Of a stretch of 64,000 bases of DNA, positions 24,511 to 39,145 are shown piece after piece. The position numbers were made by a program, and so were the translations under genes. Within the stretch, counting starts at the first letter, position 1; each line of letters opens with the position of its first letter. The notes below the pieces were generated by a model. That model was not told the origin of the DNA and did no database searches. It was given only the letters and a program-made list of their open reading frames with translations. Location: the NCBI RefSeq assembly GCF_009914755.1, contig NC_060928.1; one strand, given 5' to 3'. Origin of the DNA: the human T2T-CHM13v2.0 reference genome, Homo sapiens.

Positions 24511-26599
24511 CCCACAAAATTTTAAGAGTGTTATCAAAATATCATATTATGCCCCATATATATGTACAATTATTATGTGTCAATTCAAAATAAAACAAAA
24601 CTTCAAAAAAATAACGAGCCTGGAAGAAGATTCTTCCCTAAAAACCTGCAAAATGAAATACAGTCTTGCAAACACTAATTTTTGCTGAGACCTTGAGCAG
24701 AGAATCCAGCCCACCATGTTGGATTTCTGACTTATGAAACTATAAGTTGATACATGACTGTTTTTTTGAGCCACTAAGTTTTTGGTCATTTGTTACACAA
24801 TAATAAACTAATACAAGTGTGGTCTTTGTGTTAGCTTTGTCTTTTTGGGTGATTATTCCTCCTTACAAGATGCATAGCAGCAGTGCCAAGAAGGGAAACA
24901 TGTTTTAATTTCTTTTTTGTTTCTTTCGCTTGTCCAAGTATGCTCTAACAACTCCTTACAAATTTCTACTCTATAAGATTTTGATGTGCTATACGGTATG
25001 TAATACATGGTGTTTGCTCGATTGTTTTTCCCATTCTTTCAAGCTAAAATATAATATTTTTAGCCAGCCTTTTCAGAAAAAAAAAGGTAATTAATCTCAG
25101 TTTACTTTCTTGAAACCTCTTTCTCTTTTCATAAATTTTAAAAACTCATTATGCAAATATAATAAATTTCTGTTAAATAAAACTGTTAAGCCAAAGTAGG
25201 ATTTATGTTTTTCTAAATGTAAGCTTAAGGCTTGATGATTTCCTTTCCTACACTCAAACCCAAGCAGTAATGGAAACACTTGAATTTACTTTTGCAACTG
25301 ATTTCTCAGAAGATCAATTTCCTTTTTATGACATTTCCTATAGGGCCTCACAAAGATCTATTAAACTGGTCCACGTGTAGAAATACATCTGCTAAGCAGG
25401 CCCTGTTTCCACAGCCATCCTTCTTGAAAGTCTCAGCTGAATCAGGTCTATTATTTTTTAAAGCACTCCTTCAACTCACCTTTCAGCTCACACACCCTGT
25501 TGAGCACTTTTCCTCTACTAACCCACCAGATTTCTGCGTGTAGCAGACTTACGTGGGCTTTGTCCAGGTGTACACCTCATTTTTAAAACATTCTCAACTA
25601 AACTGGCCTTTGATTAATAAAGTAGAGCACTTTTGTAACATCATGCGTAACTTTTTTTTTTCACCTCAACAACTTCTGCTACCAGCACTTCTTGGTGAAG
25701 AAGGCATTGTTGTGACTACCTCAGGATGATCTTCTGTTTAAGAAGATTTAAACCTCTCATGAAGCTAAGTATTGACAGGTCATGATCAGCAGACATGTCA
25801 GTACAGTTCTTCTATGACGGACTCTGATTGTAGATAACAGGAAAAACATTGAAAACATCTTGGCCTTTGCTTGTATTAGGTCATTGTTTTCAGCAGAGAA
25901 AAAAATAAACCTGGGATTTCACAGTCTTACAAATGCTACAGCATGACATTTACTGAGAATATCTCAGGATGCATCAACCTGATATAGAAGCTGTTTTTTT
26001 TTCAGATAATTACAGAAAACTTATTTACCGTCTTGTGACATGATATTAATATGTCTATTATACTGTCTGAGAGTAGAAAATTTTCAAATCCTCACACCGC
26101 ACCTCATATTTATTTATAATTTTACATGCTGACATTAGGTTCTCACAAACCCTGTGACTTTTCCTTCTCTGGGAAATAACTTTTACTGCTAAATAACATG
26201 CATCCTGAGGCTTTTCACCAATGTGACTTTTAAAATAAAAACTTTATTTAGTTTTCTTTGTGATTTCAATATCCATTTAAAATAATTAGCTCTTTCTAGT
26301 GTCAAAAAACAGTGATTTATGATGAAGAATTTTTTCAATTTTATTGGAATATTCCTAAATTTTTTAGTTTTGTTGTCATAGGTGACACATGAAGAAGTAG
26401 GAAACTTGAATGACTAGCACAGCAAAAGCCCATGAAGACGAAGCCTTCATTGTGACAGCAAGTTTTCTTTGTCGTGTCTCTTGTTACACTTGTGAAATAA
26501 TTCACAAGATTATAATTATCAGCAACTTTCCTAGAATTATTTATGGGTTCAGACCTATAATCCTCCTTTTTCTCTCATACCTCATCTTCAAGACCACTA

Positions 26600-26924
<325 letters not shown>

Positions 26925-28844
26925 ACTACACTGGACTCTCAGACATCTTTATTTTTTAAAAAGGCTAATAAAATATAAAACAGAGGGTATAATAAATAGG
27001 TAAAAATTTTTAAAAGTAAAATATAGAAACTTCACAAAACAATTTACTTCCAACCTACATAATCAAGATTATGCAATGTTTATAGCAATAACAAAGTGTA
27101 AATGAGGAAAGCTGTTGTGGCATCTAAAAATGCTTTCTTCTGGATTACATTTTCCCTCTGATTTTCTTTTATAGTGATAGGGCATATTCACTCCTGTAAT
27201 TTTCCTAAGTCAATTGATGGTGCATAACAGGAGGTTAGGGTGGATGATTTGGGAGGGAGAGTCAGATGACATCAGCCTCCTCTCCTCTCTGTCTTATTAA
27301 CCCCTAACTATTACAAGCAGTCTCACCCATGTGTCCTCAAAAACTGAGAACAAGCACAACCACATTAGTACAGTGCTTTTGCACACTGCTCTATAAAAAT
27401 GAATAAATCTGACAATAAGACTCTTGCATTACTATCCACTACCATGAGTTTACAAAGTACAAAAACTTTTTTTTGTATTATGGTTATGTATACCACCTAT
27501 AACAACATCTCTTCTAATCCAGAAACCCAAATTAGGAAACCTTATTATATATCTACATTGATTAATATCAATTATTTATTATGGCATCCTTTACTAATAA
27601 TATTTATGTTATTTGGTTTTAGTTTAAATATAAATGTTCACTCTTTGAGCATATCATTTCAGTGCTGAAATAGAGATATAAGTCATAAAAACTTTATGTG
27701 TAAAATAATCTGTTCTATGAGTTGTCCAGTACCTACACATAATGATTTAGAACCAAGACACATAAGCCTCTAATCATATTGACAATGATGTTGGGAAACT
27801 CATATCTGTATGGATTCTATTCCACAAATCAAGTAAGAGGAAAGAACGGTTATATTAGATCAGCAGCTTCATCAAGATTGTTTCCACTTCAATGTATGCT
27901 ATTCCTGAGTTTCAGCAGTACAAGCAGACCTTCAATAACAGAACCTCCTTTATTATTTTTGTCATAAATTCTTATTTTTTTCTTCTTTCTTACGACTTGG
28001 AAAGTTATTCAGACATTTTATGAGATAAGGTTTTATGACACGCTATACTGTACATATCATTACAACTAAATCTTATTTTACTGTCCTTCTCGAAAAGTGA
28101 AACCACAAACTGTGACTAGATTAATCAAATCACAGCAATGCTCCCTATTCTAGTGAAGCTATAGTTGAGCTGAAGATATCAAAACTTCACTAAATCACCA
28201 TACAGATACTGTAGCGCAAATATCAAGGCAGAATTTATTTGTAGTTGTAAACTCCAACTCCATCTTCTACACTAGTCATCTTGTTCATTACTAGCTAGTT
28301 TTCAAGGTCATGGTGGTGGTGAATAGTGTTCTGAATCTTGCAAATGTTCTTACTACTTACTGAGACTAAGTTTTGTGGATGTGATGAAACTGAAATAAAA
28401 TAACATGCAAATCAATATGAGTAATTGTCAAAGTGGTACTCTACAATTAATCAAACCTACTGAAAGTTTAGGTTATATCTGTATTTTTATTTGTGTTTTC
28501 TAAGTTTCTAATATTGAGACAATTATACTATATGACTTGCTTTAGAAATTATCTCCTTTTTTTCTCAATCTGATCACTTATAGGAATCATGAGGAAAAAT
28601 TAAAACAAACAAGTGAATAAATATATAATTGTCAAAGCCACTCCAATACAACAGATCAACAGAATGTACTCTCTAAGACAGAGAACCAAACATGGATTTT
28701 ATAAAGATCCACAAGTGATTATGAAGCATAGAGCTGAAAATCTCTAAACCAATAATATAAACATTTAAATCTCATCTTAGTACAATTAGCAAATAAGCTA
28801 TACTCATGGTAATTTTGTCAGAGTTAGTGGTGGCTGTGATGAGT

Positions 28845-29350
28845 CATTCATTCATTCATTCATTCAGGAATTCATGCACAAAATTGTTATTAAATGACTA
28901 TTGCATACATTATATTCTAGGAAATCGAAATGCAAGAATAAATTAGGCATGGTTCCAACACTCAAGGAGTTCACTGTGTTATGGAAGCCAAGAACATTAA
29001 AAAATTATAATGCAATGTGGCAAATACAATGACAGAAGTATTGGAATGCAAAAAGATAAAAATTCAATGTGATAAATGCAATCACAGGCTATATCAAGAG
29101 AGTAGACAGGAAGGATGTTTAAATGTATTTTGAGATGTTATGGTAGAAAGACATAGCACTTAAGTCTTGAAATAAGATTTACACTTTAGAAGAAGGAATA
29201 GCAAACACAAAGGCATAGGAGAGTAAGAGCTAGATATTATTGAATGATAAAGAGTTGCTTACAAAATATAAAAGATAAGTCTGGAAATATAAAGCCTTAG
29301 GCATCAAGCTGGAGAGTTTCAACTTCATTGACTAGGCCAATGATTACAAC
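28845..29350 (-). mobile_element. L2 3' fragment
   Basis: (CATT)n, then 'ttattaaatgactat...ggcatggttccaacactcaaggagttcac'. Confidence 0.65.
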
Positions 29351-31677
29351 AATTTGAATAAAGTAAAAGCAAATAAAAAGAGAAAATAAAGTAAAAAAAA
29401 AAAAAGGAAGACAGTAGAAATGAAAAAAAGATGAGAGAAACCCTCTAAGACCGTCAGTTACGTAGTTTTGCAAATAAGATTAGAAAACAATAAGTCTTTA
29501 TTAGTATCATTATTTCAAAACCATGAAGTGATTTTAGAACCACAGTAATATAAAATCATGTAAAAACATGGGATACTTCAATAAATTGAACACCTTTAGT
29601 TTTATGCACAATTTGTGACAATGTTCTTTTTGTTCTCTTCTGTCTCAAGACAAGTAAAAACTTCATCAGGGTTTTGGGAATCACTTGGGGGACTTGAAAA
29701 GTTTTAATTCTGGGACAAAATTAAATTTTATTTTTATCAAATCAATTCTATCATAGTGGAAGGAAATGTGGTGGGGGACAAGATTATTTCTTTTCCCATA
29801 AATTGTTAAGATTGCATTTGGGTCAAGTTTGCTATTCTAAAATTTTTAACTGCTTTTAGCCAGAAGGTATAATTTAAAGTATCAACTTTTAGAACCAAAT
29901 TGTTTGCATCAGGTTCATTAATTTGCCATCTTCTTCACAGGGGCAAATCTCTCTGTTTTCAAATCATTAACAGTGTAACAGCAATCACATCAAAAGGTAC
30001 TTTTTTAGAAAAATAAAACTAATCACTACGCATTAGCATGCTTACAACGTTCAGTTAAGTGCATAAGAATAAATATATTTGTATAAAAAAATCAAAATTA
30101 GCCCTAACTTCTTTCACTGTAAACCAGAATAAGAAAGATTATTGTTTTTACCCTCTGTAGATTTTTAAAAATATATTAGCAAGCTTACTTAATGGGAAAT
30201 TACTTAATATTTCTGATGCTACTAAACAAAAAATGAATCCTTGGCTTTTATGCTATAGTGGTGAAATATCTTTGACTGTTCTATATGGTTCTTTTCCACA
30301 GATCTAATTACTTAAGGAGAGCAGAGCATAAGGATTGAAGGTTAACATGCAATGACCCAGTTTTGTGCTTCTTATAGAATTGTCCAAAGTAAGGTATAGT
30401 ATAAAATTATAAACAACCTATGTGGAATTAATAATATAAATAATTGCTCTACATATGAAGTGCTTTGATTTATGTCAACCTCTTACCAATAATAAATACT
30501 TTATTATAATTTTTTCACCTTATCAATGAGTATAATATAAAATAACTAGTATATGGAAAATTAGCATAGTCAATATGATGGAAATCTTAATGTTAAAATA
30601 TATGGTTAGTCTCTTTTAGCTCATATTTGACTTTTTCAGTATTTTGCAATTAACAATATATAAGGAAAATATTTCAAAGAAAATCTTAACGTTCTACGTC
30701 TATTTTTTTCTAGTTACAAATAGGGTGGATTTCACCTGATTGCAAAATAGCAACAACTTTATCATCCATAAAAGTGGATTACATTCACACTTTTGAATAG
30801 CATTTTACTTACAGTTAGTTATAAAACACATAGGTCAATATAAGTGAAGTAAAAATTTCTGATGACTTCAATTCTAGAATTTCCAACACATTCTTTGATT
30901 TTTAAGTTGGTTGTTGGAAATACTGTTTCTCTATATACATTTTATAGGTCTTAATTATTTTACTTAATACTTTATATTTCTATCTTTATTTCTACTTAAT
31001 AAAAATATAAGCTGTAAAGATTCAGTCAAGCTAAGCACTCATCCACAGGAATAAAATATTGTATGATATTAGCTATATATAACCATGAGCAGAGAGAGGA
31101 AATATTTTTCAACCATTTCTCTTAATTCCTCTGGCTAAGAGTGAGAAATAGCTCCTCAATTGCCAGTGAGTTATAACATCCAAATTTGCCAAAGAGCTCT
31201 TGGTGGAGAGTTAGTGTCAAATGATCCCTCTCCCTTTTTAGAAATGTACTTAGGGTGACTTGGTTCCTTTTTTCTTTTAATTTGCACTAAACCTTTAGGA
31301 ATAATTATTATCCTAGTCAACTACTCAACTCCATAATCTCAAGTAATATAAATATTCATATATCACTTATAGTAAGTATTAATGTTTTATATATTAAATA
31401 TGGTTATATATTATATTAGTGTTTATAGGTATACAGGTATTATATAACATATAGATACATATGTATTTAATGTGATTAAACTGAGTTTTATGCTTTATTA
31501 TAATGTGCATTTAAAGTGTAATTAAAATGATAATGACCAATTTTTAAATATAAAGTGTATATTTTGGCATCTGGATAACTCGTCAATCTCCTCAATTAAG
31601 ATGTTGTTAAATATTGAAAGTTGAACAAAAGTAAATCATATCTGCAAACTATAACTAGTGCAACCACAAAAGAAAAT

Positions 31678-32040
31678 TGTCCTTAGCTTGGGCTGCTATA
31701 ACAAAATGTCATATACTGGGTGACTAAAACAACAACATTTGTTTCTCATAGTATAGAGCCTGGGGAGCCCAAGAAGGACAGGCTGATTCAGTTCCTGGTG
31801 AGAGCCCTCTTCCTGGAGCTTGCAGATAGCTGTCTTCTGTGTCCTGACATAGTGGAAAGAGAGCAAGTTCTGGTCTTCCACCTTCTTCCTACAGAGAAGA
31901 TCCCAGCATGGAGTCACTGCCCTTATGATCTAACTGAAATCTAATTACCTCCCAAAGGCCTCACTTCCAAATACCCTCACATTGGGGAACACGGATTCAA
32001 CATATAAATTTGGGGAGGATACAAACTTTCAGCCCATAAT
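31678..32040 (-). mobile_element. MLT1A-like MaLR solo LTR
   Basis: 'cttagcttgggctgctataacaaaa...ctaattacctcccaaaggcctcacttccaaataccctcacattgggg...ttcaacatataaatttgggg'. Confidence 0.88.
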
Positions 32041-33796
32041 GAGAATCTTTAGACAAACTTAATCTAATTATATGGTGTTCTTTTACTGGAAAAGCTGAGC
32101 TGCTCAAAGATAAGACAGAAATCATATAAACTAGGATTTCATTATTTTTCCTGGAAAATTGTAAATTAACAAAAAACATATGCCCTATGCCACTGACCAT
32201 ATTCTAAATCTAGCAGTTTAATATTTGCATTAGTGAGAATTTCCAGATCAGATTTCTCAGATGAATTAAAATCCTGACTTGTAAAGCAGAATACCAAGAA
32301 AAATATGCATTTAAAATTTGAAGTGATGATGGGAGATATTTTAATGATACACATTGTAAAAATATTCACTTCACATGTTGGGATTTTTTTACATGCAACT
32401 CTTTTTTAGAATCCGTATTCATGTGTGATTCTTTGGTCATAACACTCAGTGACAAAAAGCAGGTTACCATATTTGACCATAATAATAATTTACAGAAACA
32501 GACTCCTTAAAATAATGGTGAATTATTTTGCAACAGGGCAAAAATGAATATTCACGTCTTTTTTACTAACTCCTGCCCATAGTAAAACTTTTTATATTAG
32601 CCTACTTGCTAAATAAGGAAATATGGAAAACAGTGAAGAAAAGAAAGAGAAAAGCCAGATGAGGCTGAACTGAAAGAAGAATTTAAGAATTTGACAATTA
32701 AGGTCCTTAGGAATAACTACAGAGGACATAGAAATTGGGAAGGGAAAAGGTTTTCAAGGAATGTTACGGGTGTAATGAATAGGATTAGTATTCTTTGAGA
32801 GACTTAAGTACAAATGAAATTCCATTTAAATTATTTTAGCTGTAAATGTGTATCTGTGCAGAAATTAATCCACGCAATAAAAACCCTTGCTGGTAAATGG
32901 TTTCTTTGGAAATAATTTCCATCTTCTACCTCCCCACTTTGGGACCAAAGGTGTTATAGTCACCATTATTTCTGATTTAAAATGTTTTTGGAATAACATC
33001 AAAAGATGGCTCTTGAATAGCATGAAAAAGCCAAACAGATAATGTAGAAAATATTCTGATATTGGATTTGCAAATTTGGGAATAATTGAGTATTAGAAAT
33101 TGTATATACTAAGTACAAAGTAAAAGCTATGTACAGTATAATAAAAAAACTTTTCTAAACTGTCATCATCTAAAACAATCCTGCTAAAAATGCAAAATGA
33201 AAATCAGTTTTTACCAACTTATAAGGACCCTATATTATTTAAAAACTGTGATTATTTGGGGATAGTGAGCAAAATCAATATCAGGATTTGTTACATTAGT
33301 TCAAAACTATGCCTGCTCTACAATCAAACCAAATAGCCTTATCCTTCAGGGATTAAATCAGCTGGTACAAACTAGTTGCAATTAGTAACTTGGTAGTTTT
33401 TTTCTTTTTCTCAGTATGCACATTGTCATGAACTGAAGAAAATGATTTTAATCATGGTAGGAATTTGGCATGTTCAGAAATGAGCTATTTTTCAAATGTA
33501 AACCTGCAATATTGCTTCCAGGGGTTGTCCTTGGACCCAGTTACAAGCACTGATGTTCTTGCAGACAACTGCTTCACAGCCATGGGATACATTTAGGGCA
33601 AAGCAGATACTGAATGGGATTGTAATTTCAAACTACGTATAATTAACTAGAGCAGCGTGCACATGTTACACAATAACTAAGCAAGACATCTGTTTGTCTG
33701 TTGATGGACTCACATAGAAAGTTCAAAAGAGCTCAAATGAGTAAGTAGGAACAAGTAATAATAGCGTATTTAACCACTACCCAGAACTCCATGAAT

Positions 33797-33876
33797 TACT
33801 TGTTCGTGCAAAAATTATTGTGGTTTTGCTATTGAAAGTAATGGCAAAAACCGCAATTACTTTTGTACCAACCTAA
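33797..33876. mobile_element. Made1 (Hsmar1-derived MITE), ~80-bp palindrome
   Basis: gtgcaaaaattattgtggttttgctatt-gaaagt-aatggcaaaaaccgcaattacttttgtaccaacctaa matches the Made1 consensus. Confidence 0.93.
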
Positions 33877-34346
33877 TGTTTCTGTTGGCAAAGTTAATCA
33901 CGGTTGAAGAGGAAAAGAAGGCAACTCTAGTAATCCATCAAGCATGCGACAAATAATGAAGTCCACACTCCAAACTCAGGAGTAGACTGGGACAGTCAGT
34001 GAGGTAACAGAGTTTGGGAATCGAAATCTCAACAAGAAAATCCAGGTGGATAGGTATAGGGAAATTCTAGTTTGAATGCTCTAAAAATTACAAAATACTC
34101 CTATATTTGGATATCTAGAGGTGGCGGTTTTGGCTTTGTTTTAGCAAAAATAAAGTACCTAACTTTTCCTGTGCACACAATTATCCAAGCAATTATCACA
34201 AATCCTTGCTTTCCAGAAGAATGGGCTGAAGGCTGACGTTTGTGTTTATTTTCCAGAAAGTTGCACATTTCTAGCCTCAACCTTGAAAGAAATGGACCCA
34301 ATAAGCCCAAGCAAGCCTGACATGGCAGCAAGCACTGAGAAATTAG

Positions 34347-34370
<24 letters not shown>
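34347..34370. repeat. Poly(A) run, 24 nt
   Basis: Seen directly; no adjacent Alu or L1 body recognised. Confidence 0.9.
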
Positions 34371-34377
<7 letters not shown>

Positions 34378-34748
34378 CTCCCTGCGGTATCAGAAGAGAA
34401 ACCAGAAGATCTTGGATTGTTAATAGGAGTCCCCAATCATTGGTAATAAAAGTGTGATGATAAATTTGTTTTTGTTTTAAAACACATGTTAGTGTTTGCA
34501 ATCTTTCTACCCCTCTATTTTCTTCCTTGATACCTTGTAACAACACCTCAACCATTTGAAAGATGTGAATAAATATAGATATGATTTCATAAAGCAGATA
34601 AGCCACATGTCCTTGTCTGGAATTATAAAAGTAACAATTTTATATCTAAATAAGGTAATAAACACATAAGAATTTTCTAGATGGTTCAAGCTTTATCCTA
34701 TAAACAGACCTTATGGAAGTGATTCAATGAAGCTATTTTCTTGCCACC

Positions 34749-35452
34749 TGTATTGGTCAGAGTCCAATCAGGGAGCAAAGCATACCGTACTTTAGACAGG
34801 GAAAGTTTAATATAAAGATTCATTAACTTTAACTAGGAATTGAAATAATGGGAAGTTGGCTAGTAATAAGTAAAAAGAAATACAAGAATAGCATATATAA
34901 GAAGCAACCACTAATCCTAGGTCTGAGACAGAGTGCCCAAGCAGGAGGGTCCTGCCCCCACCCAAGGCTTAAAGACCTTATTAGAGAAGGTGCAGACATA
35001 GATAACTAGGTGGTGGGGAAGTTGCTCAGGTGCTGTGATGCAAAACTCTGAGATTCCGTGGAAGCCATCCACAGAGAGATGCTATATCTAGGTTCTTGTT
35101 AGAAAGCCATAGAGTGAATGCTGTGGTTGAGTGTCATTCTGACGTAAAGCTGTAGAGGAACTACAGGGGCAGCTGTGGCTCTCCATGCACTGCAAGAGCC
35201 TGATGTTGGAGAAGGCATTTTCCCTACCTCTCGGGAGGCTGGTAATAGAACCATGCCAGAAAACACAAAACAACCAAACAAAACAAAACAAAACAAAAAT
35301 TCTTCATTGTCCAACACCCTCCACTGACAAACCTTAACATTGTCCAGTTGACCAAAAAAAAAAAATGTTTATAAAGCCTGTCTCCATTATTTCAAGACAG
35401 GCAATCAAGGGTGAACTTAGAGCCAAGAGGCAATAAGTAGACAGTTGCCACA
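34749..35452. mobile_element. Old LTR, LTR78-like
   Basis: TG...CA ends. Starts 'tgtattggtcagagtccaatcagg...aagtttaatataaaga' and ends 'ccctccactgacaaaccttaacattg...gaggcaataagtagacagttgccaca'. Confidence 0.55.
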
Positions 35453-37748
35453 ATGTCCCATCTTCAACCAAAAGCTCTTCTTTCACAAGGCTTTATTATT
35501 ACTTTACTCTGTTTCAAACTTTCAGCTCCTTGTATGCAAATTTCTCACATTCATTGAGCATGTGTTTTTAGAACTTTGTACAATTTAATAGCATTCTTGT
35601 ATTTGTATTTTTGGTGTGCTCATAGTCTGACTTTCTAATACTTTTTGTTTCTGCTTTGACTCCCAGCACCTTTCAGACTGTACTAAATGTGGTAAGCACC
35701 AGATTCTTTTCATTTTTCCCCAGTCATATTCTTAAGAGAGAAAACAGTGGACCAAGAATAATCCTGTTTAGAAAAAATTTTGAGTAATGGATAAATTCCT
35801 AACCAATTAAGTGGCTTATGAATTGAATTTTAAATATTATGTTCTTGGGCTCACTACAATCAGTTTGGGGCTGCAGAAGAAAGCAGAGATTGTACACAGC
35901 AGTATCAGTGGAACAGTGTATTGAAGGTGATCAATATAAAAATGTATTTTTTTCTGTGTGATACATCATACCTGAATAGTCTATATCAGTTTGGGGTGAG
36001 TATGAATCTAAAGACTGCTCAGGTAGCCCTTTGTAGCTAGGAGAATAGTGGAGAATATCTTAGCAATCTTAGTTTTAAAAAATAAGTTCATGGTCTGTGT
36101 GCTAAAACTATATCAGTTTTGTAATGTGCTATGTTGTGCCCTAAACATTAAAAGTTTATTTTTATTTATTTATTTATTTATTTTTTTTCGTGGCAATTTG
36201 AACACCCAGTCCTGGGAGTTAGAAGATCTGACTTCAAAGTTGTTTGTTCAAACTCCTTTTGTTGCCTACTAAAATTAGAAACTTTTGCTTGAGCAAAAAG
36301 TATTGATTTACAAGGACATATATGCAATACAATCATTCAATTTGTAAAAAGAATTGAGAAATAAAAAAATTTGGGTGGAAAGTTTGTAATCCATTTTAAA
36401 GGTGTAGAATTAAATACTTTTAATAACTAAAGAAATCTCATATTTAAAATTTAAATGATTTTCAAATGGTTGTCAGGAAATAAAAGCATCTTAATTTAAA
36501 AAATAAGTGTAAAATTAAGATAAAAGACACTTGAAAAGTCAGAAATATACAAAACTAAAATGATTCAATTTTACTTTAAAAAGTTCCATGTGTAACTTTC
36601 TGCTTCAATTAACATTTGGTGTTGGGGAAAGTTCAAGCCATGATGGTTGATGTTATATTTGACTCTCTGAGGTCAAACACTAAACAGAGAAAGAGCTAGA
36701 AATGTAAACAACATAAACGGGCTCAGGAGAAGAAATTCTCTGCTTTCAATCCCTTGTATTTTATTTGACGCATGTTGTGATGCATGATACAATCCATATG
36801 AATTCTCAGAAGCAGTGCAAATCTTTTAAAATTTACAGTTTTTTCCTTAATCATAAGCTACACCTTCCCCTATTTTATTTTCAAAGCTGAAAAACTAACT
36901 ACACCCCATAGTATATCTTACATAGTATATTTTCTCTAACATGTACGGTTGGTTATAAACAAAGGAAACTTATTCTGGCAATTTTGAATAAAGCTGAAAT
37001 TCATTTTAAGGACCTCAGGCGAATGAAATAATTAAACAGAAACTTTAAAACCCAGCTCCAGAAAAGACATGAACCAGAACTGAAGTGTTTTAGTATCTAA
37101 GGATGAATAAAGCACAATATGGCCTTATGCAATGTGAAAAAAAATGAGGTAATTCTGCAAGAGAGATTTTAGTGTGTTTTTCCAAAGGAAATGTGAATGT
37201 ATACTGGGTGACTGAAAAGCAATAAATATCTACTGCAGTCTACACATACACATGTTCAACTATTCTAAAATTATCAATATGTAATTGTGAGACACTGCCT
37301 AGGAGAGCAATTTTATAAATGTGCAAGCTTAGCCTTTCATCATGACTTACAAATTAGTGCAACATTCTATTACCTTAGTTCCAGATTGGTTTATGAACAG
37401 TTACTGATAATTTTACTGCTTATTTCATATCTTTTCTTTTTTAATTTGACAGACTTCTTATGTTTATGTCATCTTTTCTTCCTGCTGTTTTATATGTCAT
37501 TGGGAGCTAATGAAAATGACCTAATCCACTAATTGATACACATGATATCTGATAAAATACTGCATTTGAATTCAGCACTGTGGTTTATCCTTTCAACAAA
37601 TGTTTATTAAATGTCTTGTATATATTAGCCACCATTATAGTGAACAAAAAAATGAAAATTCCTTTCGTTATTAATGAAAAGACATTTTGGTGTAATGACA
37701 GCTTTCCCAGAATATGTTGATTTATTTATTTCACAGTCAGTAAGCTAC

Positions 37749-37790
37749 AAATGCCCTCAATATCTATTAAATACCCTCAATATCTATTAA
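37749..37790. repeat. 20-bp tandem duplication (2 copies)
   Basis: aaatgccctcaatatctatt / aaataccctcaatatctatt. Confidence 0.9.
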
Positions 37791-38394
37791 AAATTATACC
37801 TACTCAATTTTTTGGTAAACTTCACCACTTAAGTTTATGTTATAGTGTGCATCAGTTGACAAAGACTTTGTAAGAGTATCTCAATTTGAAGACCTCTGGA
37901 CTGAGTGGAATGATCTGGTTTCTACTTTGGGGACAACTAGATACAAGTTACTGTCTTCTCAGATCTATCTAGGTGAACATATTGCAAACCTCATTTGTCA
38001 TGTGATATCTCTTCTTTTTACACTGGAACCTGTATTGTTTTCCCCAGTTCAGATATGTGAAATGATTGAACAGACTTCACAGAATATACTCAGATAAGGC
38101 TTTGTTTTGTAGAAACGTAAGATATGTACATTAAGAGAAAGAGGATACCTGCATGCATCAGGTATCCAAGAGGCATTCCATATACCTGGAGTGTACTTAA
38201 TCTGCCTTGAACAGCCAAGATGTGTGCAAAGAAAGACAAATACAAGATCCTTTCTTATTTTGGATTGAAATTAATTTTATTGAACTTGTATTTATTTGAA
38301 TCAATAAATACGTAACTTATACTACCCAGATTCTAGGGCATAACTGAGCTCATTTTACTTTCCCTATACTGTATATTTTTAAAATTATATTTTC

Positions 38395-39145
38395 ACTACA
38401 GGTTACCTGGGCTATAAAATTGGAAGTCATCCTCAACTCCTCTCTTTATTTTACACACCACATTAAATACACAGTAATGTTGTGGGCTCTACCTGTTTCC
38501 ACTCTTACTTCCAGTGGTCAATATTTAACAAAGAAGCCAGAGGGATCTTTTTAAATTGTCAATCAGTTCATTCCTCCAAAACTATACAATAGCTCCACAT
38601 TTAGCTTAGAGTGAAATTCAAAGTCCTTAGCAATGCCTGGCAAGGCTGTACTTAATGTGGTCCGTCCTTGCCTTTCTGATTTACTTTTCTATTTCTCCCC
38701 TAAATGATCCAGCCACATTGTACTAATATGGCAGATGTGTTCTTCTCTTGGCATATTTTTACTGTCCGAGCCTTTTTCCTGCTGTGTGTTGCCCTTGAGA
38801 TATCCACAGGGCTTACTGTCTTACCCTGTGCTCAAATGTCATTTCCTTAATGAGTCTTTCCTGGTCTATGCTATTTAAAAATTTTCAACATGCCTCTCCT
38901 TCTGAAGTAGCCTGCCTCATTCCCCTTATCCTGCTCTACTTTCTCTTTCCGCCTCCACCTCCCACAAAACTTAATCATCATTAAATATAATCTAATTTAC
39001 AAATTGCTATTTAAATACATTTCTTGGCTCTCCCTCCCCATGAGAACATAAGGTCCATGACACCAAGAATTTATGCATTTTTTCCCACTGATATATCACA
39101 AGTGCCAAGCACAAAAGTAGGCATTTGATAATATGTATAGAGTAA
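38395..39145 (+). mobile_element. L2a-like LINE 3' region
   Basis: 'ggaagtcatcctcaactcctctct', 'agccagagggatctttttaaa', 'gagtgaaattcaaagtcctt' and 'gagaacataaggtccatga...agtaggcatttgataatatg'. Confidence 0.75.

Noticed and set aside
26361-26462. Possible splice acceptor (ttttgttgtcatag|gtgac) and exon
   Set aside because: No matching donor, reading frame or partner exons can be supported from sequence alone.
34347-34370. Orphan poly(A) as the tail of a processed pseudogene
   Set aside because: No upstream polyA signal, TSD or recognisable mRNA body.
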